A stretch of 64,000 bases of DNA from Mobula hypostoma. Taxonomy: Eukaryota. The translations under genes and the position numbers were made by a program. The stretch's first letter is position 1. Every line of letters begins with the position of its first letter. The notes beneath the pieces are model-generated. The model ran no database searches. It saw only the letters and a list, made by a program, of their open reading frames with translations, and was not told the origin of the DNA. Where the stretch lies: assembly GCF_963921235.1 (NCBI RefSeq), contig NC_086097.1:173912001-173976000 (forward strand), given 5' to 3'. Below, one piece after another: positions 40,269 through 53,125 of this stretch.

Positions 40269-40939
40269 TGAACACAAGAACACAAAACATGAGTCGTATG
40301 CCATAGAAGTAGGAGTGGGTTATTCAGCCCATTGTACGCGTTCCATTGTTCCATGGGATCTTGGCTATGCACTAGCACTATATCCCTTAAATCAATTTAT
40401 TTCTTTAAAAAAGACTCTCAATCTTGAATATACGAAGTAACTGAGCGTTTACAGCCTCCCTAGGGTAGAAATACACCACATAACCACATAGTACATAATT
40501 TTATGATAGGTATATCTGTACTCTAACATTTCTACCTAACATGAATTTGTATTCAGTCACCTCCCTATATTCCCCATTGAAATACAAAACCTCATATTTA
40601 TCTGTGCTGAACTTCATCTGCAAATTCATTACCCACTGCTCAAGTTTATTAATGCTGTCATAAAATATCACAGTTCTCTTCGGGACTCACCACTTGCCCC
40701 TGTGAATTTGATACTACCTCCTAACTAAAAATTTGATCTCCATTTCAGAGTCTAAATCTTTAATACAAAATGATTATGAAATAATAAAGAGACACAGCAC
40801 AGAAATGGGTCCTTAGGCTCAATGTGTCCATACTAACAATTACGCACCCAATTTACACTAATACTACACTAATATATTTTATTCTCCCCACAAAGACTGA
40901 TGTGTAATCTTAAAGAGATTTATACAATTATAATGGGTA

Positions 40940-41262
40940 TAGATAAGGTAAAAGAAAGGGGAATCTAAAACTAGAGGGCACAGATTTAAGGTCAGTGGAA
41001 AAAGATTTAAAGGAGATCTGAAGGGTAAGTTTTCAATACAGAGGGTGGTGGGTATATGGAACAAGCTGCCAGAGGAAGCGGTAAAGACAGGAATACTGAC
41101 AACACCTTAAAGAAATTTACACAGGTACATAGAAATGAAAGAAATTGAGGAATGTGAACTAAACACAGACAAATAGGATTAATTTAGATGGGCATCTTGG
41201 CCAGAATGAACAAGTTCGGCTGAATGCCTGTTTCTGTGTTGTATAACTGTACAACTCTAAAT
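40940..41262 (+). mobile_element. CR1 LINE 3' end
   Basis: SKTRGHRFKVSGKRFKGDLKGKFSIQRVVGIWNKLPEE. Confidence 0.8.
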
Positions 41263-42239
41263 TCCCATCAACTCCACACAAATTCTGTCACTCATCTACA
41301 CACTACGTTAACCTACCAACCTGCACATCATTGAGATGTAGGAGAAAACTGGAGCCCTAAAGGAAATGCATACAATCACGGGGGAAACATGCGAACTCCA
41401 CAGAGGTCAGGATTGAACCCATATTATTGGAGCTGCAAGGTAACAGCACTGTTGTGCTGCCAGTTCTAATGGAACATAACTACTCAACATCTTTATGATA
41501 ATAATACACTAGAGACACACACGCACACTGGCAACGAATTGCCATTTTGGAATTCATTCTGTGCTTTGTTCTCTGATTTTATTCATTAGTTAATTATAAG
41601 GTTTCTACCAAAGGCCACTGGAAAATCCAGATAAATTACATACATTGTCCTCTCTTACATTAACTCTGCACAAAATTCAAGACCAGTCCATCCTGCCAGC
41701 CTATTACTTTTCTTTCCATAATAAGCATGGCATAATTGTGTAGAAAGGACTTGTCTATTCAAGTTCAGAAACAACAGTTATTTACTTCATGCATGTCACT
41801 GTGCACATGAAAATACAAATGTGTCTTTCCAACTGGAAATTCTCCTCACATTTTTCCCTACATTTCTATCAACGCCCACTAGATTTCACCATTTACTAAA
41901 ACACACTGGAATAACTTACAGTGGCCAGTTGACCAACCAAGTCTTTGTGAAGCAGGGAAAAGCAGACCACTCAGAAGAAACACACACTATAAACAGAAGA
42001 ACATGTAAACTCTGCACGGACAACACCAGACATTGGGACTGAGCCAGGGTCATTGCAACTGCAAGGCATCAGCTTCACTAATTGCATTACTGTGCTGATC
42101 CTTTTGTACACATCAGTGAAGAGCAGACTATTTCTTGAATGGTGGAAGATTGGGTGGTGTTGACATTCAGAGACCTATGTGTACTTCAATAGAAGTAACC
42201 AAAGGCTAACATACAAGTGGTTCAAGTGATCAAGAAGAC

Positions 42240-42842
42240 ATCGGTGAGACATGACGAAGATTTGGAGACTGCTTCGCCGAGTACCTACGGTCCATCTGTC
42301 AGAAGAAGCGGGATCTCCCAGTGGCCACCCATTTTAATTCCACTTCCCATTCCCATTCCGACATATCCATCTGTGGCCTCCACTGTCCTGATAAGGCCAC
42401 ACTTAGGTTGGAGGAACACCACCTCATATTCCGTTTGGGTAGCCTCCAACCTGAAGGCATGAACATCGATTTAATCAACTTCTCAAACATCCAGTAATCT
42501 CCCCCCCCCCCACTTCACCCACTTCCCATCCCCTTTTCCCTCTCTCGTGTTATCTCCTTGCCTGCCAATCATCTCCCTCTGGTGTCCTCCTCCTTTTTAC
42601 TTTCTTCTAATGTCATATGTCTCTTTCACCAATCAACTTCCCAGCTCTTCATCCCTCTCCCTCCAGATTTCACCTAGTACCAGGTGATTCCTTCTCCCCT
42701 CCCCATACCTTTTGAAACTACTCCTCGGCATTTTTTCTCCAGTCCTGCCAAAGGATTTTGGCTTGAAAAGCCAACTGTACTTTTTTCCATAGATGCTGCC
42801 TAGTCTGCTGAGTTCCTTCAGTATTTTGTGTGTGCTGCTTGA
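42240..42842 (+). mobile_element. Penelope-like element 3' fragment (GIY-YIG endonuclease and terminal repeat)
   Basis: IGET*RRFGDCFAEYLRSI...LPVATHFNSTSHSHSD...RLEEHHLIFRLGSLQPEGMNID followed by the same terminal repeat as the hairpin elements. Confidence 0.82.
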
Positions 42843-42914
42843 AGTAATGATTTTTTTTCTGGCTTGTCCAGTACTATTTCCTTTAATCTACTGAAACTCA
42901 TGTCACTTTTAACC

Positions 42915-43525
42915 AGTACTGAGTTTAGGAGCCGAGAGATAATGTTGCAGCTATATAGGACCCTGGCCAGACCCCACTTGCAGTACTGTGCTCAGTTCTG
43001 GTCATCTCACTATAGGAAAGATGTGAAAACTACAGAAAGGGTGCAGAGACAATTTACAAGGATGTTGCCTGGATTGGGGAGCATGCATAATGAGAATCGG
43101 TTGAGTAAACTCAGCCATTTCTCCTTGAAGTGACGGAGGATGAGAGGTGACCTGATAGAGGTGTATAAGATGATGCGAGGCATTGGTTATGTGGATAGTC
43201 AGAGGCTTTTTCCCAGGGCTGAAATGGCTAGCACGAGAGGGCACAGCTTTAAGATGCTTGGAAGTAGGTACAGAGGAGATCTCAGGGATAAGTGTTTTTT
43301 TTTACGCAGAGAGTGGTGAGTGCATGGAATGGACAGCCAGCAACAGCGGTAAAGGCGGATACAATGGGGTCTTTTAAAAGACTCCTGGATAGGTACCTGG
43401 AGCTTAGAAAAATAGAGGGCTATGGGCAACCCTAGGTAATTTCTAAGGTAAGGACATGTTCGGCACAGCTTTGTGGGCCGAAGGGCCTGTATCGTGCTGT
43501 AGGCTTTCTATGTTTTCTATGTTTT
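42915..43525 (+). mobile_element. CR1 LINE 3' end
   Basis: REIMLQLYRTLARPHLQYCAQFWS; tail ttctatgttttctatg. Confidence 0.88.
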
Positions 43526-44871
43526 CATTAAGCAAACACTGATAAGCAAACCCAGCACACACACACTTAATAATACTCAGTACAATATTTGGAGAGTATT
43601 GCTATTTTTAATACATTTTTTGTTTCCCCTTCAATTCACTCCCAGGTATTGCATATTTTTTCTATTTTAATTTTTTGACATAACAGCAGAATTAGGACAT
43701 TCAGCCTATTGAGTCTGCTCTGCTATTTGATCATAGCTGATTTATTTTCACTCTCAACCCCATTCTCCTGTCTTCTCCCCATAATCATTAACACCCTTAC
43801 AAATTAAAGTAACATCAATCTCTGCTTTAAATATACCCAATGACTTGGACTAAAGTAACCTTCTGGACTTCAGTTAATTTCTAAGCTCCATTTATCCCTA
43901 GAATCTCAATTCAAAATGCCTTCTCCCTTGTAACGTCCTATTGTTAATTCGCATCTTCACAAGCTCCATAGTTCGAAGTATCCCTTTGTTATTTTGTAGT
44001 CTTTTGTGGCAATTCCTATCTTCACCTTACCTTCGAAGTTTAGAACTCACCTTAAGGAAAAATAATCATTTGAACATAAGTAGGTAACCACTATTTACTG
44101 ACCATGCACAATATCTTTACAACATCTGACCTGAACCAATCTGATGGCCTTTTTATTGATTAAGCGTATTCTTTTCTATTTTAACTTCTAAAATGAACAT
44201 TATGTTGATTTTGATAATATGCATCTATCTGCATATTTTATTTTCAAACAGAACAAAAATGAAGATAGTGACTTCAGGAAAAGATATATGGACAATAAAA
44301 AGCAGGTCAGTATGAAGGACAAGTTGGAAGAACTCAGCAGGTCAAGCAGCATCTGCAGGGAAAACATCCGACATTTCAAGACACAACCATTTCTGTCTCC
44401 AGTTCAACAGGCTGTTGTCCGTATTGGAGGACTTTAGCTATGGGAGAGATTGAACAAACTAAGTTTGTTTTTGCTTGAGGAAATGAGGCTAAAGGATGAC
44501 CTGATAATGGTACATAAAAATTATAAAACGAAACATATATGAGAAAAGTAGCCATAAACTTTTTCTTGTGGCAGTAGTATCAAAAACAATGTGCAAGAAA
44601 AGAGTTTTAAAGGTCAACTGAGGAGAAAGTTTTTTTTCTAAAGAGTGCTTGATATCTGGAACTCACTGCCAGAGGCGATGGTGGCATCAAAATTATTTAA
44701 GAAACATTTAGAAACACTCTTAGACAGGCAAGGTATAGAAGGATATAGAACTAGTGCATAAAAATGAAATCACTATAGATGGACAAAAATGTCAGTCAAA
44801 TAGGCATAGGACACATACAATAAACGGTACTGTGGCAAGGAATGCTCATTAAAAGAGGAACATGGTAGACC

Positions 44872-45500
44872 GGTAGACCATAAGACCATAAGACATCGAA
44901 GCAAAATTAGGCCATTTGGCCCATCAAGTCTGCTCCAGAATTTAATCATGGCTGATCCTTTTCTCCCCTCCTCAGCCCTACTTGCCAGCCTTCTCCCCAT
45001 AAGCTTAGGTGCCGTGTCCAATCAAGAACCTATCAATCTCTGCCTTAAATACACCCGGTCTCCACAGCTGCCTGTCATAATAAATTCCACAAATTCACCA
45101 CCCTCTAGCTGAAGAAATTTCTCCGCATCTCTATTTTAAGTGAATGCCCCTCTATCAACATTTATCGTATGATAACCCTTTCATTCCCAGAATCACCTTT
45201 GTAAACCTCCTCTGAACCCTCTCCAATGCCAGCACATCTCTTCTTTGATGAGGAATCCAAAACTGCTCACACTACTCAAGGTGCTCCTTGCTCTTGTATT
45301 CTAGACCTCTTGAAATGCTAACATTGCATTTGCCTTCCTCACCACTGACTCAACCTGCAAGTTAAGCTTCAGGGTGGTCTACACAAGGACTCCTAAGTCC
45401 CTTATCACCCCAGATTTTCGGATTTTCTCCCCGTTTAGAAAATAATCTGCATATTTATTTCTAGTATCAAAGTGCATGGCCATGCATTTTCCAACAATGT
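44872..45500 (-). mobile_element. CR1 LINE 3' end
   Basis: Tail (accataag)n and CR1 ORF2 C-terminal sequence matching the reverse complement of ~57950-58745. Confidence 0.82.
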
Positions 45501-45504
45501 AGAT

Positions 45505-45648
45505 CAACAAATATACGGGACTGATGAAGGGTTACTGCCCGAAACATAAATTGTATTTTTTCCCATGGATGCTGCCTGGCCTGCTGAGTTCCTCCAGCAT
45601 TTTGTGTGTGTTGCTTGGATTTCCAGCATCTGCAGATTTTCTCGTTTG
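45505..45648 (+). mobile_element. Penelope-derived terminal repeat with hammerhead-like core
   Basis: CTGATGA-agggttactgccc-GAAAC followed by the family tail. Confidence 0.72.
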
Positions 45649-45649
45649 C

Positions 45650-46170
45650 TGCAATAGGAATAGTCAGAATGGCTTTGTGTAGGGGAAGTCATGCCTGACA
45701 AATTTTTTGGAGCTTTTGAAAGAGGGAGCTGAGTGGTTAGGTGTTGGTAGGACAGTGGGTGTTGTCTATACAAACTTCTAAAAAGTCCTTTGACAAAATT
45801 CCACATAGCAGGCTGACCTGGAAGGTTAGATCACATGGGATTCAGGGAAAGCTTGCAAGGTGAATTCAGAATTGGCTCAATGATAACTATCAAGTGATGG
45901 TTGAAGATTGATTTGCCAAATGAAGGCCCGTGGCTAGTGAAGTGCCCCAAGGGTCAGTGTGGGACTCATACTATTCATTATTTATGTTAATTATTTGGAT
46001 ATGAATGTAATGTATATAGCATGCTTCACAAATTTGCTGATGATACTAATTTAGTGGTCTTATTGATAATGAAGCAAGTAATAATGAAATGCAAAGAGAT
46101 CTTGATCAGTTAGACAGATGGGTTGAAAAATGAAAAATGGATTAGAGCTTAGATCAATGTAAGGTTATGA
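45650..46170 (+). mobile_element. Old CR1 RT fragment
   Basis: GKSCLTNF, FDKIPHSRL, VPQGSV, KFADDT remnants. Confidence 0.75.
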
Positions 46171-48538
46171 ATGCCCACCTTACAAACAAGCATCGGGAAA
46201 CCTTGCAAGATGAAATTGCCAGCTACAGCAGCATTGCAAGTGTCTTCTACCATGTGTAAATCCTGTCTGTGGCAAAATCAGTGCCACAGAGAATCAGAGA
46301 AATTTGAATTAAGTTTATTGCCCAGGTTTAAGTGCACATTGTCCTTGGTTGGCCTATATTTTTATTTAAATATATTGCCGGACTGGCATATTTCTGACTT
46401 GCAAACTGTTCAAGTTACAAACAATTCTCAGGAACAGAGCCCTATCGTAAACAAGAGAGGGGCTATATTCCTGAAACCCTTCCAGCAAGTCTTTTGTTCA
46501 ACCCCACTAGACCTTTAATTTTTTTCTGAAATACTTTAACCGAAATTGTGTGCAATACTCCTGTTTGGCTTTATCAGTGTTACATAAACATTCAATTTTT
46601 TTTTCAGCTACCTTTTAGGTGACAGATTAATCCAATACTTCGTCTGTTCCCTGCTAGATAAAAATGAGCAACTCCATAACAACTTGAACCCATATAGAAC
46701 CTTCAACATAATAAAACAACCCAAGATGCTTCACAGCAGCATTATCAAACGAAATTTGACACCAAGTCATGGAAGCAGAGAATAGAGCTGATGGCCAAGA
46801 GGTCAACCGAAAAAAATGGTTTAGAGAAGGACGATAGCTTAAAGGTAAAAAGGTTAACGGAAAGACATGTTAACAACAAAATACTACAAGTATAGGATCT
46901 GCTAAATATTCATTATTCTCAAATATACTGCTAACTTATGCCCTCACTTGTACATTTTAATCCATTTCATGATCCTACCTTGTATCATTACCCTTCACAT
47001 AGGAAGTAAAACATTTAGGAATTTTTGGCAAGAATCATCTTCACTCCAGTTGCTGATCTCACCTATTTTCACATATCCTCTCCTCATAAAGATTAGCCTT
47101 ATTTATCACATGTACATTGAAACACTGAAATATAGTGTCATTTGCATCAATGACCAACACAGTTCAAATATGTGCTGGGGGCAGTCCATAAGTTTCTGAC
47201 ACCAAAATAACATGCCCACAACTTACAAACTCTAACCCCCAGGTCTTTGGAATGTGGGATGCTCCTGAGCTGAAGAGTATTTATTTTTAGCATTTTCAGT
47301 TCTTATTACTATCTACAACTAGCTCTCCCAAAATCTCTTACCCTTCATGGTGCCTGCAACCCCAATTGCTGTGACATGATCTCACGTAATTCTGACATAC
47401 AAGCATCATTGTGCATTCATTTCTTTTCTTCAAAACTGGTAAGTGATCACACAGTATGACAATTTATTAGTTATCATCATTATGTGCCATATCGTATGAC
47501 ATGGGCGATCATGGTCTTCCATCCATGACAATAGTTGTTTTTTTGCAAATTTTTCAGCGGAAGTGGTTTGCTATTGCCTTCTTCTGGGCAGTGTCTTTAC
47601 AAAACTGGTGACCCCAGGCACAATCAATACTCCTCAGAAACTGTCTGCCTGGCATCAGTGGTCACATAACCAAGACTTGCGATATGCACCAGTTGCTCAT
47701 ACGACAATCCACCACCTGCTCCCATGGCTTTATGTGACCCTGATCAGGGAGCTAATCAGGTGCTACACCTTGCCCAAAGGTGACCTGCAAGCTAGCAGTG
47801 GGAAGGAACACCTTACACATCCTTTGGTAGAGACATATCTCCACCCCACCAACCAATTATTACTATAAAACTATTTAAGTTTGGTAACTTTTTCAAAAGC
47901 ATATTTTAATTAACCTTGGAACCGCCTCCCGCCCCCCCCCCACTGTTGTTCTAACTCCCACTCTTCCTAGTTTTTAAGTATTGATACTTAAAGAAACAAA
48001 GATTGTCCACGTTATTCAGTAGTTATTCCATACAATTCAATGTATTTAATCTCTAATTAAATCTTCCAGACTTCAGTTTAATCTCATTATTATATTGACT
48101 GATTCCTTCATATGATGATTCTATAAGCACAGGAATAATTTGTGTTAATAAATAAGGGACCAACTGCAGATACATCCTGTATGTTTTCAATTCCATTCCA
48201 AACAAAATATTTTTCCTAACTTTGTTGCAATGTTGACCTACTTTATTTCCACACGTTTCAATAATATTCAAACAGTCCTCATTCATAAAATCTCATCAAT
48301 AGAAAACCAAAAAATATTAGTTTTTATTATACTATTTGTACCTAGTAATTTCACTATATTCCTTGGGTGTTGGCCATTTCAATAAATCTTATTGTTTTCT
48401 TATTGCTTCTCTTATCTATCCGTGCCTTAAAAAGTAGTTTTCAGTCAAAGGATGACTTAAGAATTCAAAAGTTAAAGGAAATAATTCACATTTTGACAAT
48501 AGTAAATAAATGAATATAAATATCCAATGCTAACTTAC

Positions 48539-48682
48539 ATGTGCATCATCTTTTAGCTTTAGAATACATTCCATAGTATTTATGGTGATAACAACAGGCT
48601 CAGAACCCAACTTTGTCCATGGCACATGAATCCTTAACTCATGAATTTGTCCACTCAAAAAGGTGAATGGTAATTTCAACTC
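48539..48682 (-). CDS. VPS13B: VPS13B second coding exon (exon 3)
   Basis: ELKLPFTFLSGQIHELRIHVPWTKLGSEPVVITINTMECILKLKDDAH, 144 nt, phase 0/0. Acceptor ttttacag|GAG at 48683, donor CAT|gtaagt at 48538. Continues the exon 2 frame. Confidence 0.97.
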
Positions 48683-49367
48683 CTGTAAAACAGTACATTT
48701 GACATTAAATGTTTTGTTCACTGTAAAACAACATACAATACAATGATCAACTATTGAAATAAAGGACTTCAAATTTCAAACAAAAATTGTTAGGTATATG
48801 TTATTATGTGGCAAGGTGTAAAGAAGCGGAATATGAAACCTTGCTTACATAGTATCTGTGAAGGTACGTTCACTAATTTAGCAGAAAAGTTTTAGGTTCT
48901 TTTTACATAAATGTAAGTATTCCAAAATTCAAAGAAGTTTGAAATTTAAAACACTTCCAGCCCCGAGTATTTCAAATAAGTGGTGCTTAACCTGTACTAT
49001 CTCCATTTATAATCAGCAGCCAGAAACATGTCTCCCTGGTCATTCACCAGTGGGTGCTCAACCAGCAGCTCTCTTATAGTATCTATCAACAACAGAACTG
49101 ATGAAAAATCAGAAGTGAAGGAGTTTCAAAGCAGTACTCAATGCTTGGAAATAACTCAAAGCAGAGAAACAGTAGTCAGGGCCTAAGTTCTCCCGAGTGC
49201 TTTTGTTGTTCTTTTGTTGATTGCAGAAGGAGGGAAATGTAGAGGGAACAGAAGGGACAAACAAATATAGTTACTGAGAAACCTGGTAGAATTCCAATAA
49301 CCCACTATCCTGTTGTTCAGGAATCCAGACAGTTCAGCATCTGACTAATTAAGTGCCTGTTCTCATC

Positions 49368-49800
49368 CAACACACACAAAATGCTGAAGGCACTCAGCTG
49401 GTCAAGCAGCATCTATGGAGGGAAATAAACAGTCAATGTTTCAGGCTGAAACCCTTCATCAGGATTGGAAAGGAAGGTGGCAGAAACTAAAATAAGAAGG
49501 CAAGGGGAGGGGGAGAAGTACAAGGTACATGATAGATGAGGGCAGCTGAGGGGAAAGGTGGGTGGGTGGGAGGGGGGTGATGATGTGAGAAGCTGGGAGG
49601 TGAAGGGTGGACGAGGTAAAGGGCTGAAGAAGAAAGAAACTGAAAGGCAAGTATCGTGGACTATGGAATAAAGGGAAAGAGGTGGGGAACCAGAGTGAGG
49701 TGATGGGCAGATCATGAAGGTGGGGGAAGGGAAAATAAAGGGTGAGAGCGACAGCAAAACAGAGAAAAACAAAAAGTGGGGCAGGTGAAATGGGGGGGGG
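49368..49800 (-). mobile_element. Penelope-like element terminal portion
   Basis: Reverse complement of the family tail; minus-strand ctgatgaagggtttcagcctgaaacattgactg at ~49430-49463; purine-rich body. Confidence 0.72.
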
Positions 49801-50556
49801 GGGGAGTGATTCCCATACTCCCTTCAACACACCTGGAACTGGTTCTGACACTTCTGTTGTCACACCAGGGTTCCAGTTCCCATGCTCTCTTCATCACACC
49901 AGAGCCCCGGTTCTGGTGCTCCCTTTGGTACATAAGGGCCCCGGTTCCCATGCTTCTTGTAAACATTTCAGATTGACTAGAAAATGTATCACACTGTTAT
50001 ATTACACTTGAACAATCTTTTCTTACATCTCCCATATGCATAATTATGAAGTGGTACTGTGACAGACACTATACAAAAATAATTACTTGACATTTGTTTT
50101 CAATGCACCCAAAGAAATGTGTGTGAAGTTTAAATATAATCTTTGAAAGGAATGTACATTGAGAAAGAAAAGTGGAAACAAGTGACCAAGGCTGATAAAT
50201 TAATCAAGGTGGCATCCATTACTTCTTGGAATTATTGTAGGCAGGGAAGTAGCCTAATTGGTAGATGGAAAATATATTTCTGGTTACAATAGCAATTACA
50301 AAGTGTATGAAATGCCCATAGAGTAAAACAAGGACCAGGAAAGACATACAAGTCAGATTAATAATAATTATCATTCTGAAGCTGACATACCTACAGATAC
50401 CACTTGCTCCTTAAAAAAGAAAAACATTGTATTAAGAGTAAATGTATTCTTGGAACAATTATTTGACTCTTTAAATTATCTCACTTTTTTTTAGTTATAA
50501 AGTTCATATACTCCAAAAATGTAAATTTCTCTCTCATCCTTGAAGTCAAGAGCTAT

Positions 50557-52580
50557 TGTTATGTCTTGTAACTTCAAAACATTAAACTGATTCAAAGGAA
50601 GCCACGGGAGTCTAAAATGCGGGTCTAACTTCGAGTTTACGTTAGGCAAGGCATGGATGTATTACATGGTAACTTGATGTATGCATTTCACATATTTATA
50701 CATGTAACCTGCAATGAGTTATTTAAACTAAGAGTAATATATGTACAATATTGCTGAAATATTAAATGCCTAACACTCCTCCCTGCTTAGCCATAAGCTC
50801 CAAGTCAATAGAAAATGCATCTCAACTATATACAGACATCCACAGCAAGTTAAATTTAAGATTGTCCCATTCAGGCCTAAAGATTTAATTACTGTAGAAG
50901 CTTTCCTATTCTTGTGGGATAACATCTTCTCTGACAAGGGAGGTCACTCTGCTTGCAGGTGAGACTTGTGGCTGTGAAAACAATCACACACTTTGGGGCC
51001 TCCTCCTTGGTGGTTGTAAGAGTTGACTCTGAAACTGTAGGAATTAGCACTGACAGCTCTGGATACCTTTCTTCTCCTTTTCTCTCTCTGGATCTACTTC
51101 GATCCCTTTCTTCTTTCTTTCTCATGTTCCTTCTCTTTTACATCATTCTCTTTCTCTTCACATTCCTTCTCTCCATCTTTTCCCTCCTTTTTCTTCTTCT
51201 AGTTTGTGCATCTTGAACTTGGGAAGGTCCATTTAGTTCACTTGAGTATTCTCTTATTAATCTTTCTATTGCTCCCTTTACTTTTGGCATAAGCCAAATT
51301 GCTTGTCTAGTGTTAGTTTTCACCCTGTAAATCTCACGGTTGCTTAGTCCTGTGTAACTCTCATTGTTATCCGATTTTTCATCAACAGCATTAGATTAGT
51401 GCTTTTTTGAAATTGCAAATTGGCTTTTCAATCTCTTTCTCTTCTCTGTGCAATCCATTTATCTTTGCCTGACATACTCTTTGTAGGTGCCTTACTTTGT
51501 AGCACTTTCCGTAAGTTTTGCCTTTAAACCTACATTGGTCTGGTGCACATGAGCTACTGCTACAATGGTAACACAATTTGTTCAGCCAGGCCAGTTTCTG
51601 TTTATATGTTGCAATTTTGTTTATGTTCACTTTCATTCCTAACTGCAACTCAGCTGTGTCTCTATCTGAGGTTTCCATTGAAACAGCAATTTCAACTCCT
51701 CTTTTAAACGTAAACTGTTTTTGAATGCTTTATTGTAAGATTCCACAAACTAAATGATCTCTTAGTGTATCATTAAGCCCATTACCAAACTGACAATGCT
51801 CAGATGAGCTCTTCAATTCAGCCACGTACATAGAAATGGACTCCCCTTTCTTTTGATTCCACTTATGAAACCTAAAGCGTTCTGTAATCAACAATGGCTT
51901 CGATTCTAAATATTCCTGCACTACTTTGACAATAGGTCATTTCTGCTCGTTTGGTCGGAGCAGTTAAACTTCAAAGCAAATTCTATGCCTTTAAACCCAA
52001 TGCACTCAGCAAAATTGGTACTTATTTCTCATTGCCCATTTCATTTGCTTCAAAATACTGTTAAATTTGCTCAGTATATAAAGTCCAATTATCTGTTATG
52101 TAATCGAATGTGTCAATCTTTCTGATGCTGCCAGCCATTACTGCATTTTTAAATAGATGGTTATCACCCAGAAGTCATTCTTCATGAGCCATTGAATTTC
52201 AGTTTTCTGACTTTTTTTTAAAAATTTGATCATGTCTTCCCTTCCAAAGAACAAGTGCTGCTCTGCTTTTATTTTTAAACTCCAACAGCCTCTGCGTATT
52301 CTGAGCTGTGTTTCCTTAGTTCAAACGTTTCACAGTACATCATGTCGCTAGCCGTTTCGAGTTTGTTTTAAAAATACTTCGTCACCAATGCTATGTTTTG
52401 TAACTTCAAAACAAAGGAATTTACTTTAAGTGAGGTGCACACATATCACGTGGAAGATTGATGATGTATGCAATTCACATATTTATACAAATAACATCGT
52501 GAGTTATTTAAATGAACAAAAATATTTCACAAAAAATACATTTATCGAAGATTACTCAAATATTCGAAAGGCAAGAACAG
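50557..52580 (-). mobile_element. Second Gypsy LTR retrotransposon, non-autonomous, with captured host-like fragment
   Basis: LTRs at 50557-50775 and ~52389-52580, both beginning tg(t/c)tatgt(c/t)ttgtaacttcaaaaca on the plus strand. PBS TGGTGACGAAG on the minus strand next to 52388; PPT AGGGAGGAG next to 50776. gag ERFRFHKWNQKKGESI...LRDHLVCGI and pol C-terminus RCYPTRIGKLLQ. Possible TSD GCTAT. Confidence 0.88.
51080..51281 (-). pseudogene. RBM25: RBM25-like coding fragment captured inside Gypsy element
   Basis: VKGAIERLIREYSSELNGPSQVQDAQTRRRKRREK resembles recalled RBM25 IKGAIEVLIREYSSELNAPSQESDSHPRKKKKEK. It is followed by a decayed E/R/K-rich tract and ERDRSRSRE, like the RBM25 RE/RD-rich domain. 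Confidence 0.85.
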
Positions 52581-53125
52581 TGCTATACTTTTTTTTCGAT
52601 TAAAGCCTTGCAAAACAAATTGAAAATACAGTATTCACATTGTTATGTTTAACAAATTTAACTGCAGTTAATTTTTCCTCCACTAGGGCAACTAAAAATG
52701 GTGAAAGTAACCCAAGTTCAACTAACCATAAAATAGTATGATACAAATTTTATTTTATTGTGGAAATGATTTTCAACCATATTCATAGAGCTATAAATAG
52801 TAGCAAACGATCACTGATCAGCCATTCTAACATGTCCAAGGAGGCTTCAGCTCGAAAGAAGCATGGACTCTGAGTAAGTTTCTGTAAGGTTCCTTTTTTA
52901 CTCTCTTACTGTACCTAGTGTAGTAAATGGCTGTTGTGCATTCTCCATGTCAGATGCTAGAGTCCTGGGAGACCAAGAGTCTCCCAGGTAACTATATCAA
53001 TGTGAAGTGTATCCAGCTGCAGCTCCTCAAACACCGTGTTAGGGATCCAGAACAGCAGCTAGATGACCTTCTGCTTGTACAGGAGAGTGAGGGGATAAAT
53101 GATCAGAGCTACAGGGAAGTAGTCA

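Noticed and set aside
48683..48772. N-terminal part of ORF 48530-48772 (MKSFISIV...)
   Set aside because: Intronic read-through upstream of the true acceptor at 48683.
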